DNA of 64,000 bases, taken from contig CM102289.1 in NCBI GenBank assembly GCA_046563655.1, positions 1,922,001 to 1,986,000 on the forward strand, written 5' to 3'. The position numbers and the translations under genes were made by a program. Below, piece after piece: positions 1-13,845 of the stretch (positions are counted from its first letter, which is position 1; the number at the start of each line of letters is the position of its first letter). The notes beneath the pieces are model-generated. The model did not search any database. It was not told where the DNA came from and saw only the letters and a list, made by a program, of their open reading frames with translations. Source of the DNA: Yuukianura sp. NJ FZ-2021 (lineage: Eukaryota).

Positions 1-517
1 ATTGATAAAATTGAAAAAAAGTGTTTTTTCAAAGTGCTCAGCAAATTTTTCAACTTAAAGCACATGGTAAATAGTGGTTAACTACGACAAACCAATTTTA
101 CACCTTTTGTTATTGTACCAAACGAAATCCAATTTGAACTTAACATTTTCCTTTGTGTATTGGAATGTTGGCTGAATGTAATATTTCCAGAACAGGTTAA
201 CTTGTTTACGCTTTTAAACTGAAATAAAATTTGAATGTTCTGTTAACACAGAATACTTTTCCTGCAAATGAGCCTTTTACAAGCATTTTCAAAAACGATG
301 ATGAATTATTGATTTTAAACATTAAGCAGCTACATAAAAAGACATTGCAAAACACTTTAATACATAAGTGTGCTGGGTGTCCAAATTTTTTTTTGAAAAG
401 CCGTGTTGTTTGTTGAAAACTAGTTCAACAAATGCGCGTTTGAAGTTGAAGAATTGAATTACTTTCGAAATTAAAAAATCCGTTTTTTCGTAGTATACGA
501 ATTAATACATTTTTGAA

Positions 518-2111
518 ATGATGGATGCAAGCATATCGGACTGTTTCGTAACTTACATTGAATTTTGGTATCGACTGGGGATAAGTCCATGCAAACTCAA
601 AATTAACCAAGAGACAAAGGTTTGGAAAGCCACCAGCAGTCGCATTCACAAGGTACGAATTTACACTGACGATATTATATTTTAATGAAACTATGAACTT
701 TTTCTTAGATTCTCAGTGTCTGTACTGCTGTGATATTATTTCTGAGCCTTTATGCTTTGGTCCGTGACCTATCGTCAACCGATGCCCCACAAAAGCATAC
801 TGCACAACTAAATTATTTCGAAAAAGCAAGCTATTTTGGAGTATTCTTTGAAGCGAGTTGCTTTCTCGTAACTTTTTGGCAAAGAGGAGCTCAATTTGCA
901 GATCTCATCAACTACAGTCAAACGTCGGCAGTAAAAGCAACGCTTGGAACAGCCCAAACCCAAAATGTTAAATTTAAAAAATTTCAACTATGCAATTCCA
1001 AATTTCAAAAACCGTAATTTTTCATACACTTGTGTTTGTAGGGAAAATGGAAAATTTTTATTTTAATTTTCATCCTGACGGCTGTTCATAATGTCATTGA
1101 ATTTTTGAACTCTCTGGAACGCAATTCCTGGGTATTTTCATCGTACTACGAAGATATGGCATGGTGGGCTCGTAGCTTCATATTTCTGGAATCAATTGAA
1201 ATTGATTCCTGGGCGGAGTATGCGCGTCATATTGCATTTTTGTTTGCAATAGTAGCGGAGTTTATCCTTGTTGCATTCAATTCCGCCGGAGAAACGTTCA
1301 TGTTGATCCTGATGCTCCAACTGTATCGGCTCATCATACATATCGAAACTAAGGCAAAGCATATGACACCGTATGAAGTAAGTTTAAACCAATTAGGAAC
1401 GATTTTGATTTTTTGATTGCTTAACTAACTTAACTAGATTTGAACTTAAGTTGAAATTTCAAATAATTCTTTAATCAGAAATAAGTTCCAACATAACAAA
1501 TTGCTTAAATCAACTATAGGGAGTGCAAGAACTGAGAAAGGTTCGAACTATGGTTGACTTGCTGAACAGAGCATTTGGATTGGCTGTTTGCGGTTGCGTA
1601 TTTGGTAGCATTCCGAATCTTATCCAGTGTATACCCAAAGTGCTCCAACCAATTGGACTCATAACATACATTGACAGTATAAGCTATTCCATTATACCAA
1701 TACTGTTCTTGATTTGTACGGCATGGTTCAAAGCCCAAGTAAGCATTGATTATAAATTTAGTTAGTATATTAATAAGTTACGCCTTCCTTATGTACATTA
1801 CTTTTACATTTAAAACAAATGTATTTAGGTTAAGTCAATTTTCCACAACTGGATTGTTGTTCGGAAGAACTTTGTGCTGTTTCAAGAAAGTGATCTCGTA
1901 ATGTTGGTGCATGAAATTTCTTCGGAGGACTTGGCAATCAAACCATTTCAGTTCATTAGCCTCGACTCATCGTTCCTTGGCACAGTAAGAAAAATTTATG
2001 ATATTTATAAAAAAAAAGAAGTATATGTTAAATTCATAAGAGTGTTTTTAGGTCTGTGGATTGACTTTAACTTTCTCTGTGGTGATCATCCAGTTTGAGT
2101 CACAAAAGTAG
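518..2111 (+). CDS. Gustatory receptor, array copy 1 (6 exons, ~387 aa)
   Basis: Exons 518-652, 709-966, 1042-1377, 1520-1738, 1829-1984 and 2052-2111 join in frame through GT-AG phase-0 introns. Multiple hydrophobic helices; ends VCGLTLTFSVVIIQFESQK*, matching the GR TM7 motif T(Y/F)hhhhhQF. Confidence 0.85.
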
Positions 2112-2942
2112 TTATGTTGCAAGTTACTCTATTCTGACGTTTCGAACATCAATTGACGTATTGTTTTAATGTTTTAACCAAATTAAATCTGCGAATAGTT
2201 TCCTACGTTTGGAATAATAACTTGTGAACTTGTATTATTTCTACCCATGTTGAACCTGATGATTTCAACCCGTATTTCCGCTTCAACCTATTGGTTGTAG
2301 CTGATCTCCCGTTTTACATATTTGCAAGTTTTTTTCCAAATTCGTAATTGATTTTCTGAAGTAGAATATAAAAATTAACACTTTTTTAGGCGTGGCAAGG
2401 CAAACGGCAAATAAAAATGGTTTCGTTTTAATAAAATTGACGCAACACCAAAATTGGCACTTAGCTGACATTATAAAGATCAGGCCTCTCCTTTCTAAGA
2501 AAGGAGACGCTTCTAAGAAAATAAAAAGCTCCGTGATAAAATTGAAAGGCACAAAGAAATTTTGTATTTTCTTTTCAAAGCTTTTGGCAAATTTTTCGAT
2601 TTAGAACATATTATTAATAGTAGGTGAGTTACGGCAAACAATTTTCGCTTGGTTGATTTTTGTACAGGTTTCGAAAATTGAAATTGAATTCTAATTTGAG
2701 TCGTTTTCTATTGTATATTGTTATGTCAGCTAGATGCAGTACATGCAGAGAAAAGTTAACTTGTTTGTGCTTTTAAACAGATCAAATACGAATGAAAAAA
2801 AAAACTTTTTTTTTTTTGGAAACTTGGTCAACAAATGCTTGAAGAGCTTAAACATTTCTTTGGAGTCGATAAATTGTGCAATTGCTTTTGACATTAAAAG
2901 AAACAGTTTCCACTGCACCAGATGAATTAGTACATTTTTGAA

Positions 2943-4561
2943 ATGATAGAAGCAAGCATATCGGACTGTTTCGTGACGTACATTGAACTTTGGTATCGAC
3001 TTGGGATTAGTCCATGTAAACTCAAAATGAACCCAGAAACAAAGGTGTGGGAAGTCACCAGCAGTCGCGTAAACAAGGTACGAATTCACTTCAACCATGT
3101 TAATTCCAAATGAAACTATATATTTTTTTTAGATACTTAGCCTCTGCGCTGCTGCTGTCTTATTCCTGAGCCTTTATGCATGGGTTCGGAACTTGACTTC
3201 AACTGAAAGCCCAAATAGTAATTATATTAGGCAACTAAACTATTTTGAAAAAGCAAGTGTTTTTGGACTTTTCTTTGAAGCCAGTTGCCTTCTCGTAACT
3301 TTTTGGCAAAGAGGAACTCAATTTGCAGATCTCATCAACTACAGTCAAACGTCGGCAGTAAAAACAACACTCGGAACAGCATCGATCAAAAATGTTGAAA
3401 AAAATATACCCATTCCGTTGCGAAATTTTAAATTTGTGATGTTTCTATATTTAACTTTAAAATTGTGATTTCAGGGAAAGCGTAAAATCTTCATTTTTAT
3501 TTCCATTACAACTGCTTTGTATGAAGTCATAGAAGTTTTGCGCTTTATGGAACTGAATGAGTGGAATTTTGCGAAGTACTACTACGGCATGGCATGGTGG
3601 GGTCGTAGTTTGATATTTCTGGACTATGTTAAAACTGGTACTTGGACGGAATATGCGTATCATATTGCTTTTATCTCTGGTATGGTAGCGGAATGGATCC
3701 TGGTTTTATTTAAATCTGCCGGTATAACACTCATGCTCATCGTGATGCTCCAAATGCATCTATTTGTTCTACATATTGAGAAAAAGGCAAATAGTATAAT
3801 AGCACAGGACGTAAGTTCACGTACCCTATTTTTTCGTAAATTCCAGTAAGATTAATTTTTTAATGAATTTAAATTGATATGTTCATGTAACACTTTAAGT
3901 TTTACCATTATAAAAAAAAGCCAAATTCATCATAGGGACTGAAAGAATTCCGAAAATTTCGAATCATGGTTGAGCTGCTGAACAGAGCGGCGGGATTGGC
4001 AGTTTGCGGTTGCGTATTTGGTGGCATTCCGACTCTGATCAAGTGTATTCCTCAAGTAATCCAGCCAACTGGAGCCGTAATGCACATTGAAAGCATAAGC
4101 TTTGCTATGATCCCAATCCTGTTCATGATTTGCGCGGCATGGTTCAAGGCCAAAGTAAGCAGAGGTCATAAATATCAGCAGAAATTATAAATTTAGTATG
4201 TATATTAATAAATTAAGCCTAATTATTCTTGAATATGTACTTTATTTTCACATGTCTAACGAAAATGTTTAGGCCAAGGCAATTTTCCACAACTGGATTG
4301 TTGTTCGGAAGAACGTTGTGCTATTTCAAGAAAGTGAGCTCATACTGTTGATGTACGAAATTTCTTCGGCAGACTTGGCAATCAAACCATTCGAGTTCAT
4401 TAGCCTCGACTCGTCGTTCCTCGGAACAGTAAAAGAAATTTTTAATGATATTTATAGATTTTTTTAATAAAAAACGTGTTAAATGTATAAAATTTTGTTA
4501 GGTCTGTGGATTAATCCTGACTTTCTCCGTGGTGATCATCCAGTTTGAATCACAAAAGTAG
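2943..4561 (+). CDS. Gustatory receptor, array copy 2
   Basis: Same six-exon structure; starts MIEASISDCFVTYIELWYRLG and ends TFSVVIIQFESQK*; no disruption seen. Confidence 0.85.
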
Positions 4562-4901
4562 TAGCAGTGCAAGTAATTTGTTTACGCTTTTTAAAATATG
4601 AACGTTATAGGAAATACTTTTGTAAGAATAGAAGCTATTATTTGTTTTTTTTAAGAATTAAATTAATGCATTTATAATGGAAACTAAACACACACACAAA
4701 AGAAAGGTTCACACAAAAATGTAGGTTGCAACGCTTCAGTAGTACCCTGGTTTCAAAAAAGATTAAAAAATTGTTTTTCGAAACTCTATCTTCAAATATT
4801 AGTAACTCTCAAGAATTCCTCAAGTCAATAAATCATTGGATTACTTTCCAAATTAAAAGCGACAGTAGCTTTGAAGGTGTTGAATTTAGTACATTTTTGA
4901 A

Positions 4902-6529
4902 ATGATAGACGCAAGCATATCAGACTGTTTCGTGACGTACATTGAATTTTGGTATCGACTTGGCATAAGTCCATGCAAACTCAAAATCAACCCAGAAACT
5001 AAGGTTTGGGAAGTCACCAGCAATCGCATTCACAAGGTACGAAATAACTTAAAAAAAAGTTTTTTTTAAATAAAATTAAGAACGTTTTTTTAGATTTTTA
5101 GCATCTGCGCTGCTGTGGTATTAGCACTGAGCCTTTATTCATGGGTTCGCTACCTCACTTCAACTGAAAGCCAAAAACAGTTTGGTAGACAACTGAACTA
5201 TTTTGAAAAAGCCAGCATTTTTGGACACTTTTTTGAAGCTATTTGCTTTCTGATAACTTTTTGGCAAAACGGAACTCAATTTGCAGATCTCATCAACTAC
5301 AGTCAAATGTCGGCATTCAAAGCAACGCTCGGAACAGCACCAACCAAAAATGTTAAGTAAAAAATTTAAAACAAAAAGTTCAACATATATTTACTGTTCT
5401 GGATAGCTTACAATACTGAAATTTAACTTTTTAAATGTAATTTTGACATTTTGTTTGTAGGGAAAACGGAAAATTTTTCTTTTAATTTACAGCCTGACCG
5501 CTCTTCATGCAGTCACAGAATTTTTGCGCTCTCTGGAAGAGAATGAGTGGGTATATGCGTCATATTATGATAGAATGGCACAGTGGGGTCGTAGCTTGAT
5601 ATTTCTTGAATATGCTGAAACTACTACTTGGGCAGAATATGCACGGCATATTGCATTTTATTTTGGAATGGTAGCAGAATTTGTCCTGGCTTCATTTGAA
5701 TCTGCTGGAGAAACTTTCATGTTGATTTTGATGATTCAACTGTATCGACTCATCATACATATCGAAACTAAGGCAAAGAGTATGACAGCACATGATGTAA
5801 GCTAATATCCAAAATGACATTTCTTCATTATTGTTTTTGCTGAATTTTAATTAAAATTTTCTGGAAGAATTCAAAATAAGTTTCGTTATTGCAAAATTTT
5901 GAAAATTCGTCCTAGGGAGTACGACAACTGAGAAAATTTAAAACTATGGTTGAGTTGCTGAACAGAGCAAGTGGATTGGCTGTTTGCGGCTCCGTATTTG
6001 GTGGCATTCCGACTCTTATCGAGTGCATTCCGCAATTAATCCAGCCCGTTGGAGTCGTAGCGTACATTGACAGTATAACTTTTGCTATGATACCAATACT
6101 GATGTTGACTTTCACAGCATGGTTCAAAGCCAAAGTAAGCATAAGTGCTAAAAATATTATGTTTGAATATTAATAAATTATGTCTAATTTAATTACTCTT
6201 GACGATGGGTCTTAATTTCACATTTCAAACGAAAATATTTAGGCCAAGGCAATTTTCCGCAACTGGATTGTTGTTCGGAAAAACTTCGCACTATTTCAAG
6301 AAAGTGATCTCGTCATGTTGACTTATGAAATTTCTTCAGAGGACTTGGCAATCAAATCATTTGGGTTCGTCAACTTCGATTCGTCGTTTCTTGGAACAGT
6401 ACAAAAAATTAGTTTATAATATTTATGAAGATTTGATTACAGTATGTTAAATTTTTCATATTTTATTAGGTGTGTGGATTAATCCTGACTTTCTCCGTGG
6501 TGATTATTCAGTTTGAAACACAAAAGTAG
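4902..6529 (+). CDS. Gustatory receptor, array copy 3
   Basis: Six-exon paralogue from MIDASISDCF to TFSVVIIQFETQK*; GT-AG sites at the homologous positions. Confidence 0.85.
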
Positions 6530-7009
6530 TCGCAGTACAAGTTTAATCTCCTACGACATATTCAAAAACGTTTCTTAAATTTTCTTTGTTTAAAAAAGCT
6601 GGTTGTAAAAACAATAAATTTGCTGAGAGCACGCCATTGTGTCAGTTGAATTGTATAGACTAGAATATTTGTAGTTTATACACTTCTTTTCTGGTTAACT
6701 TGAAAATATGAAAGCTATATGGAATACTGTTTGTAAGATTGAAGTTATTACAAGTGTTTTCAGAACTAAAGTGATGAATTCAATTTGAGAATTTGAAAAG
6801 CAAAAACAAATTCAGAAAAAGGTCTGTTACAGCACTTTAATAGATTGGTACTCCTGGTTTTTAAAAAATGATTAGAAGATTGCTTTTTTGGAAACTCGGT
6901 CTACAAACGCCTGTATCAAAAATTTCTTCGAAGTCAATAAATTATTTGATTATTTTCGACATTAAAAGAAGTAGTTCTTTTGACGCAGACGAATTAGTAC
7001 ATTTTTGAA

Positions 7010-8884
7010 ATGATGGACGCAAGCATATTGGACTGCTTTGTAACGTACATGGAATTTTGGTATCGACTTGGGATTAGTCCATGCAAACTCAAATTCAACC
7101 CAGAGACAAAGGTGTGGGAAGTCACCAGCAGTCGCATTCACAAGGTACGAATTATCATCCACAATCTTCTTGTTTACTGTGATGATCAGACTGGGCAAAA
7201 ATATTTAGTCCCCATGCCGGTAATGTTAACAAAATCAATATTTCGGGCCTCCTTGTTAAGTTCGGAAATATTTGGACCTTTTCAGTAAATATTGTATTTA
7301 CTTAATTATTTCGCTGGTTTTTAGTAAATATTTTAAGCATATCTGGTAATGACATTATAAACGTCTTTTTAGATTCTCAGCTTCTGTGCTGCTGTGATAT
7401 TAATTCTAAGCGTTCAAGCGTGGGTTCGATACGTGATGTCAATTGAAAAAGGGAAAAGGTTAAGTACTCAACTAAACTATTTTGAGAAAGCAAGCACTTT
7501 TGGACTCTTTTTTGAAGCTAGTTGCTTTGTCGTAACTTTTTGGCAAAGAGGAACTCAATTTGCAGATCTCATCAACTACAGTCAAACTTCGGCAGTAAAA
7601 GCAACGCTCGGAACAGCACCGACAAAAAATGTAAAATACAAATTAAATTTTAAAGTGCTTTAAAATTTAAAATTTTGATGCTTTTTTACTTTCATTTTAG
7701 GGAAACCTGAAAATTTTGATTCTACTGTCCACTTTGACGCCTCTTTATACGGTCACCGAAATATTGCGCTTTCTGGAATGGAAGGGTTGGAATTTTGCGA
7801 GATACTACAATAAAATGTCAAGCTGGGGTCTTGGCTTGATATTTCTCGAATCTGTTAATATGGGTACTTGGACGGAATATGTGCGTCATATTGGATATTT
7901 GACTGGGATGCTAGGAGAATTGGTCCTATTATCATTCAAATCTGCCGGAATAACGCTCATGCTCATCCTAATGCTACAAATGCATCGACTCATTTTACAT
8001 CTACAGAAGACGGCAAACGATATGTCGGCGCATGATGTAAGTTCACAACCTAAATTATCTTGGTAATTAAAGCAACACTAATATTTAAAAATGAATTCAA
8101 ATTATTAAGCTTATATATTCATGAATCATAAGTTTCAACATTATTACAAAAAAAAATCTGAGTTCACGTAAGGGAGTACAAGAATATTGTTATGGGTTAT
8201 TTTATGTTACAACATTACAAAAATATCTAAATTTACCATAGGGGATACAAGAATTTCGGAAATTTCGAACTATGGTTGAATTGCTGAACAGAGCAGTTAG
8301 ATTGGCTGTTTGCGGCTGCGTATTTGGTAGCATTCCGGCTCTTATCAAGTGCATTCCGCAAGTAATCCAGCCGTTTGGAGTCGTAACGTACATTGACAGC
8401 ATAAGCTTTGCTATGGTCCCAATGCTGTTCTTGACTTGTACAGCATGGTTCAAAGCCAAAGTAAGTATAATCCATAAATATTAGAACAAATTTTAATTTT
8501 AATTTTAATTTTCACATTTTAATGAATTATTTTTAATTATTTTTTGATTGTGTACTTTGCCTTTACACTTCAAACAAAAATGTTTAGGCTAAGGCAATTT
8601 TTCACAAATGGATTGTTGATCGGAAGAACTTTATGCAATTTCAAGAAGGTGATCTCGTACTATTGGTGAACGAAATTTCATCGGAGGACTTTGCAATTAA
8701 GCCATTTGAGTTCGTTAGCCTCGACTCGTCTTTCCTCGGAACAGTAAAAAAAATTAACTTATGATACTTAACTTATGATAAAAAAGTTTATAAAAAGCAT
8801 GTTAAATTCATGATATTTTATTAGGTCTGTGGATTAATACTAACTTTCTCCGTGGTGATCATCCAGTTTGAATCACAAAAGTAG
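7010..8884 (+). CDS. Gustatory receptor, array copy 4
   Basis: Six-exon paralogue. Intron 1 is enlarged by a MITE and intron 3 has a duplicated acceptor. Ends TFSVVIIQFESQK*. Confidence 0.85.
7187..7345. mobile_element. Decayed MITE in intron 1 of GR copy 4
   Basis: Absent from paralogous introns. Imperfect TIRs CAGACTGGGCAAAAATATTTAG vs reverse-complement CAGATATGCTTAAAATATTTAC; flanks GTGATGAT/GTAATGAC (6/8) look like a degraded 8-bp TSD. Confidence 0.55.
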
Positions 8885-9401
8885 TGGCGTTGCAATCCTT
8901 TGATGCTAAGAGCTTCAATTGATTCTTTATGTTAACACAAACCAATGGTTTTTCTTAACATACTTTGAAAACGTGTGTTTAATTTTTTTCGTTTAAAACA
9001 CTTTATATATGCCGTATTATTTCCACTTACGTTAAAATATAAAAACTAATATTTTCCTTTGGAGGAAGTGCAAAAATTCATAACGACAAATTTATCTTGC
9101 ATCATTTAAACAGACTTAAGGGTTTCTATCAACGTTTCCAAATTGGATACATTAAGAGAAAAAAAGTTAAACTAGTGAATTCATTATGAAAATTAAACAA
9201 CCATACACAGAAAAAATTCGCTCAAGAAGGTCTGTGACAACACTTTAGTAGACATGTACGCCGGTTTTCAAAGAATAATTGGAATTCCAATTATTTTTTG
9301 AAAACCGTCCTACTTAAGAAAAACAACTTTAACGTTGCCTTTTTTGGAAACTCGGTCAACAAATACTTGTATCACTTCAGAATTGTTTTTAATATCAATA
9401 A

Positions 9402-9710
9402 ACCGTTGTAAACGCCGTATGTAAGTAGCGAAAGGCAGATAAAGGTTTACAAGAGCGACACATCATACATTTGAAGCGCAAATTCAAAGGTCAAGGTCAT
9501 CCGCGCAAAACTTGTATGTCTCAATGAGATGAACAGCTTTTGTATGGGTCATTTTTTAGTTTCCGTACAAAAGTACTTATAAGTACCGATTACACTACTA
9601 TACTATGTAAAAGATTGAAAATTTTGTCGTATAGTTTTAGCGTTTGTGTCCAGCATACAGACAGACAGACTATGAGAGAAGTATAAAGTAGCTAAATACT
9701 TTTGTTGCTT
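9402..9710 (-). mobile_element. HINE/DINE-1-like non-autonomous Helentron-type element upstream of GR copy 5
   Basis: Interrupts the AATAAA..GATTACTTTC block that is contiguous upstream of other copies. Has an AAGTAGC subterminal motif, a (CAGA)n microsatellite and an AGGTCAAGGTCA motif. A homologous element lies at 14257-14638. Confidence 0.6.
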
Positions 9711-9784
9711 AATAAATGGTTTGATTACTTTCGCCATCAAAAGACGCAGCTTTTTTGAAAAAGAAAAATTAGTACATTTTTGAA

Positions 9785-11332
9785 ATGATAGACGCAAGCA
9801 TATCGGACTGCTTCGTAACATACATCGAATTTTGGTATCGGCTTGGGATAAGTCCATGCAAACTCAGAATCAACCCAGGGTCAAAAAGTTGGGAAGTAAC
9901 CAGCAGTCGGATTCACAAGGTACAAATTACATTCAACAATGTATGTTTTATTGAGAGTTTGAAACCCTTTCCTTAGATTCTCAGCGTCTGGACTGCTATG
10001 ATGTTAATTCTGAGCCTTTACGCATGGGTTCGGGACTTGAATTCAACTGAAAACCCGAATAACAAGTATACTATGCAACAAAACTATTTTGAAAAAGCTA
10101 GTATTTTTGGGCTCATTTTTGAAGCTGGTTGCTTTTTCGCAACTTTTTGGCAAAGAGGAACTCCATTTGCAGATCTCATCAACTACAGTCAAATGTCGGC
10201 AGTAAAAGCAACGCTCGGAACAGCACCAACCGCAAATGTGGAAAAACTAAACATTCCATTTTAAAATGCTTTTAAATTTGTGATACTCATGTACTTAAAT
10301 TGCGATTTTAGGGAAAGCGGAAAATCTTGATTTTAAGTTCCACCATCATGGCTATTTATGAAGTATTAGAAATATTGATTTTTCTGGAATGGAATTCTTG
10401 GAACTTTGTCTCTTCTTACGATGGAATGGCATGGTGGGGTCGTAGTTTGATTTTTGTGGAATATGTTAAAATGGGGACTTGGAAGGAATATGCGGATCTT
10501 ATTGGATGTATAATTGGGATGCTAGCGCAATTTGTCCTGGTTTCATTTAAATCTGCCGGAATAACGCTCATGCTCATCCTGATGCTACAAATGCATCGGT
10601 TCATTCTGCATCTTCAGAAGAAGGCAACCTGTATGACGGCGCAGGACGTAAGTCCTCCACACCTAAAATTTTTATTTGACAGTTAATGCAGTATTAATAT
10701 TTAAAAAAGAATTTAACAAAAAAAAAATCTACATTTACCATAGGGAGTACAAGAACTGAAAAAATTTCGAACTATGGTTGAGTTGCTCAACAGAGCAGTT
10801 GGATTGGCTGTTTGCGGTTGCGTATTTGGTTGCATTCCGTCTCTTATCAAGTGTATTCCGCAACTAATGCAGCCAATTGGAGTCGCAAAGTACATTGACT
10901 GTGTAAGCTTTGCCATGATTCCCATACTGTTTTTGATTTATACGGCATCGTTCAAAGCCAAAGTAAGCATAAGCACATACATAAGTATATTAATAAATCA
11001 TGCCTTCATTATGCGCTTTATTTTTACATTTAAAACGAAAATGTTTAGGTTAAGGCAATTTTCCACAACTGGATTATTGTTCGGAAAAACTTTGTGCTGT
11101 TTCAAGAAAGTGATCTCTTAATGCTGTTGTACGAAATTTCTTCGGAAGACCTTGCGATCAAACCATTTGAGTTCATTTGCCTCGACTCGTCCTTTCTCGG
11201 ATCAGTAAGAATAATTACTTTATGATATTTACAGTTTTGGACAAAAATGCTAAATGTGTAATATTCTATTAGGTTTGTGGATTAATTCTAACTTTCTCCG
11301 TGGTTATGGTTCAGTTTGAATCACAAAAGTAG
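9785..11332 (+). CDS. Gustatory receptor, array copy 5
   Basis: Six-exon paralogue ending TFSVVMVQFESQK*; closest to copy 7. Confidence 0.85.
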
Positions 11333-12197
11333 TCACTTTAATTCCCATTGACGTTTTGAGCTTCAAATGGCGTATTGTTTCTGCTAGCAATATTAGACCT
11401 ATTAATAATGTATTTTCTAAAATATTTAAGCCTGTTTCGCGTTACTTAAGTACACTTCCATAAAAGTGAATCTACATTTAAAACAAAGTTGAGCATATTT
11501 GCAATCAATTGATTTTCTTTTTTCCTGTCTCCTTTGTACTTTGCTAGTGACAAGGACAAAAGAAAACAGTAAATTTGGCACGTAATTGAAATGAAAACAG
11601 CATCATGACGCTCATTTCTACGTCAAGTTAAAAACAGGTTGAAAACGTCGATGATAAAATCGTAAACAAACGAAATGTCTTCAAAATGTCTGTTCATAGT
11701 GCTTAACAAATTTTCCAAATTAGAGAAGGTTGACTACGACAAACAAATTTTCCAGTTGTTTCTATTTGTTAAACATGTCAAAAATCGCTTTCGATTGTCA
11801 ATTTGAAGCGTTTTCTATTGTGTATTGTAGCGACGGTTGAATGCAAAATTTAAAAATCCGTAGCAGGTTAAATTGTTTACTCGTTTAAACAGACATAAAA
11901 TTTGAACGTTATATGGAATACTTTTTGCGGTAATGTAATAAGTGTTTTCAAGAACGAAAGTGGTGAATTCAGGTTGAAAATTAAGCAAGCAGATAAAAGT
12001 TTTAGACAAAACTGACTATTAAAACCCTTGTAGTTGATAGGTACACTAGATTTGAAAAAATAACAGGAACATTGTTTTTCTGAAAACAAAAGCTTGTAAC
12101 ACTCAAGAAATTTTTTGAAGGCAATAAATTATCCGATTACCATCGACATTAAAAGCGAAAGTGTTTTTGAAGCTGTTGAATTTAGTTTATTTTTGAA

Positions 12198-13845
12198 ATG
12201 ATCGATGCAAGCATATCGGACTGCTTTGTAACATACATTAAATTTTGGTATCGACTTGGGATAAGTCCATGCAAACTCAAAATCAACTCAGAAACAAAGG
12301 TTTGGGAAGCCACCAGCAGTCGAAGTCACAAAGTACAAATTTAAATAGGCAATTTATAAATATTTTAAATAAAATTATAAATTTGTTTTAGATTCTTAGC
12401 GCCTGTACTGCTGTGTTAGTAATCCTGAGACTCTATTCATGGTTTCGGAACATGAATTCAATCGAAAATTCAAATAAGTTTAGTAATCAGCAATACTATT
12501 TTCAAAACGCAAGCGTTTTCGGAATCTTTTTTTCAGTAATTTGTTCTCTCGTTACTTTTTGGCAAAGAGGAACTCAATTTGCAGATCTCATCAACTACAG
12601 CCAAGCGTCGGCAGTTAAAGCAACGCTCGGAACAACGTCAACCAAAAAGGTGGCAAAATTTAAACGTTTCATTTTAAAATATTTTTAAAAGTTTATATTT
12701 GCAATGACGTATTTGTTTTAAACTTTCAAATTATCATTTCAGGGAAAGCGGAAAATTTTGATTTTAATTTCTACTATAACGGCGCTTTATACAGTCACAG
12801 AAATCTTGCGCTTTCTGGAACGGAGTTCCTGGAATTTTTCATCATACTTCTATGGAGTTGCAAGGCAGGGTCGTAGTTTAATATTTCTGAAGCATGTTAA
12901 ATTGTGTACGAGGACGGAATTTACGGATCGTATTGGATACATGCTTGGGATGCTGGCGCAATTGATCCCGGTTTTATTCAAATCTGCCGGCGTAACGCTC
13001 ATGTTCCTCCTAATGCTCCAAATGCATCGCCTAATTCAGCATCTGGAGAAGAAGGCAAAGAATATGACGGCGTATGATGTAAGTTCACACTCTACTTTTT
13101 TTGATAATTAAAGCAAATGTTTTATTAATATTTATAAGTTGAAACTTTATAAAATCTAAATTCACTATAGGGAAGACAAGAGTTTAAAAAATTTCGAACT
13201 ATGGTTGAGTTGCTGAACAGAGCCACTGGATTGGGTGTTTGCGGCTACGTATTTGGTAGCATTCCGGCGCTTATCAAGTGTATTCCACAAGTGATCCAGC
13301 CAGTTGGAGTCGTAACTCAAATTGACAGCATAAGCTTTACCCTGATCCCAATACTGTTCTTGATTTGCGCGGCACGGTTCAAAGCCAAAGTAAGCAAAAG
13401 TATTAGCAGAAATCATTCCAGTTCGAATATTAAGTAGCGGGAGCATAGTCTACGTTATGTTTTTGTTTTCGCGTGTGATAGCGTTCTCATCCCTGACAAT
13501 GGCGTTTACTACGGTTAATTCTTGATTATGTACTTTATTACTGTTACATTTGAAACGAAAATGTTTAGGCCAAGTCAATTTTCCACAACTGGATTATTGT
13601 TCGGAAAAACTTTGTGCTGTTTCAAGAATGTGATCTCATAATTTTGACTTACGAAATTTCTGCCGAGGACTTTGCGATCAAACCATTTGAGTTCATTAGT
13701 CTCGACTCGTCATTCCTCGGAACAGTAACAGAGATTTATTTATGATATTTATAAAAGCTTTATAAAAAAAACAGTATGCTAACTTTATAATATTCTTTAG
13801 GTCTGTGGATTAATCCTAACTTTTTCAGTGGTGATCATCCAGTAG
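12198..13845 (+). CDS. Gustatory receptor, array copy 6 (C-terminus shortened to ...VVIIQ*)
   Basis: All six exons open with GT-AG sites. Last exon 13801-13845 lacks the 15 nt encoding FESQK. Confidence 0.75.
13432..13516 (+). mobile_element. Short remnant of the HINE-like family in intron 4 of GR copy 6
   Basis: Starts AAGTAGCG and ends ATGGCGTTTACTACGGTT, matching the reverse complement of the ends of the 9402/14257 elements. Same site in copy 9. Confidence 0.5.

Noticed and set aside
925..966. Possible earlier exon-2 donor at GCA|GTAAAA
   Set aside because: Copy 3 has GCA TTC there, and the following 36 nt are conserved like coding sequence. The later GT is present in all copies.
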